Source of the DNA: Eledone cirrhosa
Lineage: Eukaryota
Length of the DNA stretch: 64,000 nt
Assembly: GCA_964016885.1 (NCBI GenBank)
Contig: OZ024740.1
Span: forward strand, 193,130,001 to 193,194,000
Reading direction: 5' to 3'
In this document: positions 57,787 to 64,000 of the stretch, piece after piece
Numbering within the stretch: position 1 is the first letter of the stretch
How the letters are laid out: the number at the start of each line of letters is the position of its first letter
Made by a program: the position numbers and the translations under genes
Notes under the pieces: model-generated
Told to the model about the DNA's origin: nothing
Database searches by the model: none
Seen by the model: only the letters and a program-made list of their open reading frames with translations

Positions 57787-58391
57787 TGTTATACTTTGGG
57801 AGGGTCATGTTGCCAATAAGAAACACACGCACCAGTTGCTTTCACTTCAATTTAATTTATTAAATATTTATAAATTTACAAATTTATAAATTTCTGGTTG
57901 GTTGGTTGGTTCCACAACCAGATAGTTGTTTATATATATATAGTCATAGTTCTTTCGTCACACACTCTGTGACCACTTCAGTGACTGGGGATTTCTTTCT
58001 TCGTTTCTGTAGCCTTTCCTTTCTTCTATCCTACGCCATTTTGTTTGCGTAGGATAGAAGAAAGGAAAGGCACATTTTGTTGGCGTAGGATAGAAGAAAG
58101 GAAAGGCACAGAAACGAAGAAAGAAATCCCCAGTCACTGAAGAGGTCACAGAGTGTGTGACGAAAGAACTATGACTATATATATATAAACAACTATCTGG
58201 TTGTGGAACCAACCAACCAACCAGAAATTTATAAATTTGTAAATTTATAAATATTTAATAAATTAAATTGAAGTGAAAGCAACTGGTGCGTGTGTTTCTT
58301 ATTGGCAACATGACCCTCCCAAAGTATAACAATATCGGTTTCAACACACGATTTCAGATAAAGAATCTTGCTAAACAAATTCAGAAACGAA

Positions 58392-58392
<1 letters not shown>
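57785..58392 (+). mobile_element. fold-back HHR element with tail
   Basis: Arms ~57785-58040 and ~58082-58332, tail to 58392. HHR at 58132-58176: agtca-CTGAAGA-..-GAAA-gaac-TA-tgact. Confidence 0.9.
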
Positions 58393-58422
<30 letters not shown>

Positions 58423-58423
58423 C

Positions 58424-58481
<58 letters not shown>

Positions 58482-58563
58482 ATATATATGTATACACACA
58501 TATATATATATATGTATTTGTGTATGTATGTGTATATATGTATGTATATGATTGTGTGGGCAG

Positions 58564-58627
<64 letters not shown>

Positions 58628-58642
58628 ATGTGTATGTATATA

Positions 58643-58705
<63 letters not shown>

Positions 58706-58861
58706 GTATATGTATGTATATATATGTACATATGTATATATATGTATATATATGTGTATGTGTGTGTATTTGTATGTATACATGTATATGCGTGTATGTG
58801 TGTGTGTGTGTATGTATTATATGAATGTGAGTATATATATATATATATATATGTGTATATG

Positions 58862-58896
<35 letters not shown>

Positions 58897-58959
58897 GTGT
58901 ATATGTATGTATATGTATATATATATATATATGTATATGTATGTGTATGTGTGTGTATG

Positions 58960-59016
<57 letters not shown>

Positions 59017-59342
59017 CATGAGATAGATAGTGTGTGTGTATATATATTTTGTGTGTCGGTGTGTGTATGTGTGTATGCGCGCGTGTGTGTGTATATGTGT
59101 ATATATATGTATGTGTATATGTATATGTATGTATGTGTATATATGTATATATTTATATATATGTGTATGTATGTGTATATATATATGTATATGTGTGTAT
59201 ATATATATGTATGTATATGTATATATATATGTATATATGTGTATGTATATGTGTGTGTATATGTGCGTTATATGTCTGTATATATATGTGTATATTTATG
59301 TATAGGTCTGTGTATGTATGTGTATGTTTTGTGTATGTATGG

Positions 59343-59374
<32 letters not shown>

Positions 59375-59392
59375 TTGTATATGTGTGTGTAT

Positions 59393-59436
<44 letters not shown>

Positions 59437-59469
59437 GTATGTATATGTATGTATATATATGTGTATATA

Positions 59470-59503
<34 letters not shown>

Positions 59504-59659
59504 TATGTGTGTGTATATATATATATATATGTGTGTATGTGTGTGTGTATAGATATTTATACATATGTATACTCGTGTTTGTTTGTATGCGTGTGAGTGT
59601 ATTCATTTGTGTATATATATGTGTGTGTGTGTGTATGTATGTGTATGTGTGTGTGTATC

Positions 59660-59712
<53 letters not shown>

Positions 59713-59875
59713 GTATATATATATGTATATATATATATACGTATATATATGTGTGTGTGTGTATGTGTGTATATTTATACATATGTATACTCGTGTTTGT
59801 TTGTATGCGTGTGAGTGTATTTATTTGTGTATATATATGTGTGTGTGTGTGTATGTATGTGTATGTGTGTGTATC

Positions 59876-59967
<92 letters not shown>

Positions 59968-60905
59968 CGTATATATGTGTGTGTGTGTGTATGTGTGTGT
60001 ATGTATATTTGTATGTATATATATGTATGTATGTTTGTATATGTATGTATATATGTATGTATATATATGTATATATATGTGAATATATATATATATATAT
60101 ATATGTATATGTGCGTATGTATATGTCTATGTGTATTATATATGTATGTATGTATGTATGTGTGTATGTATGTGTGTGTACATGAATATATATATATATA
60201 TATATATATATTTATTTATATATTTTTTATATATGTGTGTGTGTTTTTATGTGAGTATATGTGTTTGTGTGTGTGTTTATGGTTGCGCGTAAGTGTGTGA
60301 GTGAGTATGTGTGTTTTTTTGTTTTTTATGTGTGTTTTTTTGTTTTTCTGTTTTTTTGTTTTTTTTGTTTTTTTGTTTTTTTGTGAATGTGTCTGTTGAT
60401 TTTGGCATATTGTTGATTAGTTTAAGAGAAGTTCGAAGATAATAGTAAGATATGCACTCAGTATTTTGAATCTGTCTGCAGAATTCTCTAGACCTTTGTC
60501 ACTTAGTAGAACCTTAATGACTTTAGCTTTTAAAGAATCTCCCTTTTCTTTAATTCTATGGAGCATGACTGACCCCCCCACTGATTTTATAGACATCTGT
60601 TAGCTTAAGAGAAACTTATTGACAAGGAATGGTATGCCATCCGGAACCTGTTTATAGAATTCTGTCTGCCTTTGTCACTCTAAAAACATAAATAAATATA
60701 AATAAAAATAAAAATTAACTATAGCTTTGTAGAATTAGCTTTTAATGAATTCCCTTTTCTATCAACCAATGACCTGCACCCATCCCACTCCCCACCCTCT
60801 CCTACCACTTGTAAATACCATATTTATTTTTTGATACCCAGATTCCTGATGATTTCTAATGAATGAAACAGTTCTAGTCCTGTAGAATCTCATCTATATT
60901 AAAAC

Positions 60906-63193
<2,288 letters not shown>

Positions 63194-64000
63194 TTATATA
63201 TATATATAGATATATCAGTGTGCATTGAGCAATGAAAGTAAAACATAAGTCAGAGATAGGTAGTTAATTAGTTCAAAGTTTTGTAACGCATCAGACGGTT
63301 GATTGATAGTAATAGATCGAAACATCGACTAGCATGTGGTGGTTATGTTACTACTTGTTTCTAGTGTCGACATTCTTGAATAATCCCGCCAACTTCCACG
63401 GAAACAATTCGATATATATCTATATATTAAAATCTTTTCTCCGACATAGCTGTATATATATATACAGGTATGTGGATTTTGTATAGTTAATGGTATACAG
63501 TATGTTTTATAAATAAGCATTTGGAAACCCTCTATCTATGAATATTGAAAGGATGAAGGCTAGCAGAAGAAGTGAATGGCAACTGTTAATGTACATTTCT
63601 GGCTCTGGCTATCACCAGGGCTTCCCCTGCTCTCTAGTGGAATATGGAAGAGACGAAATTATATAGTTTTTTTTTTGCCTGTGTAGTGGGGGCTGATTAC
63701 ATTCATTTGCCTAGGCAGCTGTGTAAGGTGGCTCAGCTTGAAAGTAGATTTAAAATTTCAGCTCCGACAAGCTTCCTGCCCAGTGCTACATGGCTGCATG
63801 GCGGGAATGAAAATCCGTGCTGCGAAAACTGAGACACTCGGTCTCGAAAGGAAGCCTGTGCAGTACATTTTACATATGAAAGGGGTTCTACTGAAGCATA
63901 TAGAGAAGTTCCATGTTTCGAGTCACTTTAACAGTCAGTAACCAAAAGAATGGATGTCGGCGTAAAAGCCAAACTCACTAACTTAAAATTCAGTATTCAT

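Overview
This is eukaryotic, very AT-rich, microsatellite-dense DNA dominated by (TA)n, (TG)n and (TATG)n. The SINE types suggest a cephalopod, probably Octopus, but this is an inference. I cannot support any intact host gene. Almost all ORF-track entries are microsatellite artefacts ([12 protein letters not shown]). The coding remnants are all transposon-derived: a near-complete Neptune-type Penelope-like element (PLE), two Naiad-type PLE fragments, RTE, R4/Dong and CRE LINE remnants, and Tc1/mariner remnants. Non-coding repeats include a mariner MITE, a probable non-autonomous Helitron and tRNA-derived SINEs. The main discovery is that the non-coding modules between (TA)n tracts carry type I hammerhead ribozymes (HHRs): about 30 motifs from more than 15 sequence families, read by eye, mostly with short palindromic stem III. 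They occur in two architectures. (1) Fold-back elements have a long arm with a 3' tail and a short arm that ends at a family-specific TA-like point. (2) Retrozyme-like tandem arrays have 440-535 bp monomers with one HHR each; two of the three arrays flip orientation. Three monomer families carry an octamer ATGCAAAT 80-93 nt upstream of the HHR core, which recalls the snRNA-type promoter of newt satellite 2. Together this suggests a (TA)n-targeted ecosystem of PLEs and ribozyme-bearing non-autonomous elements. Coordinates were read by eye and may be off by a few nt.
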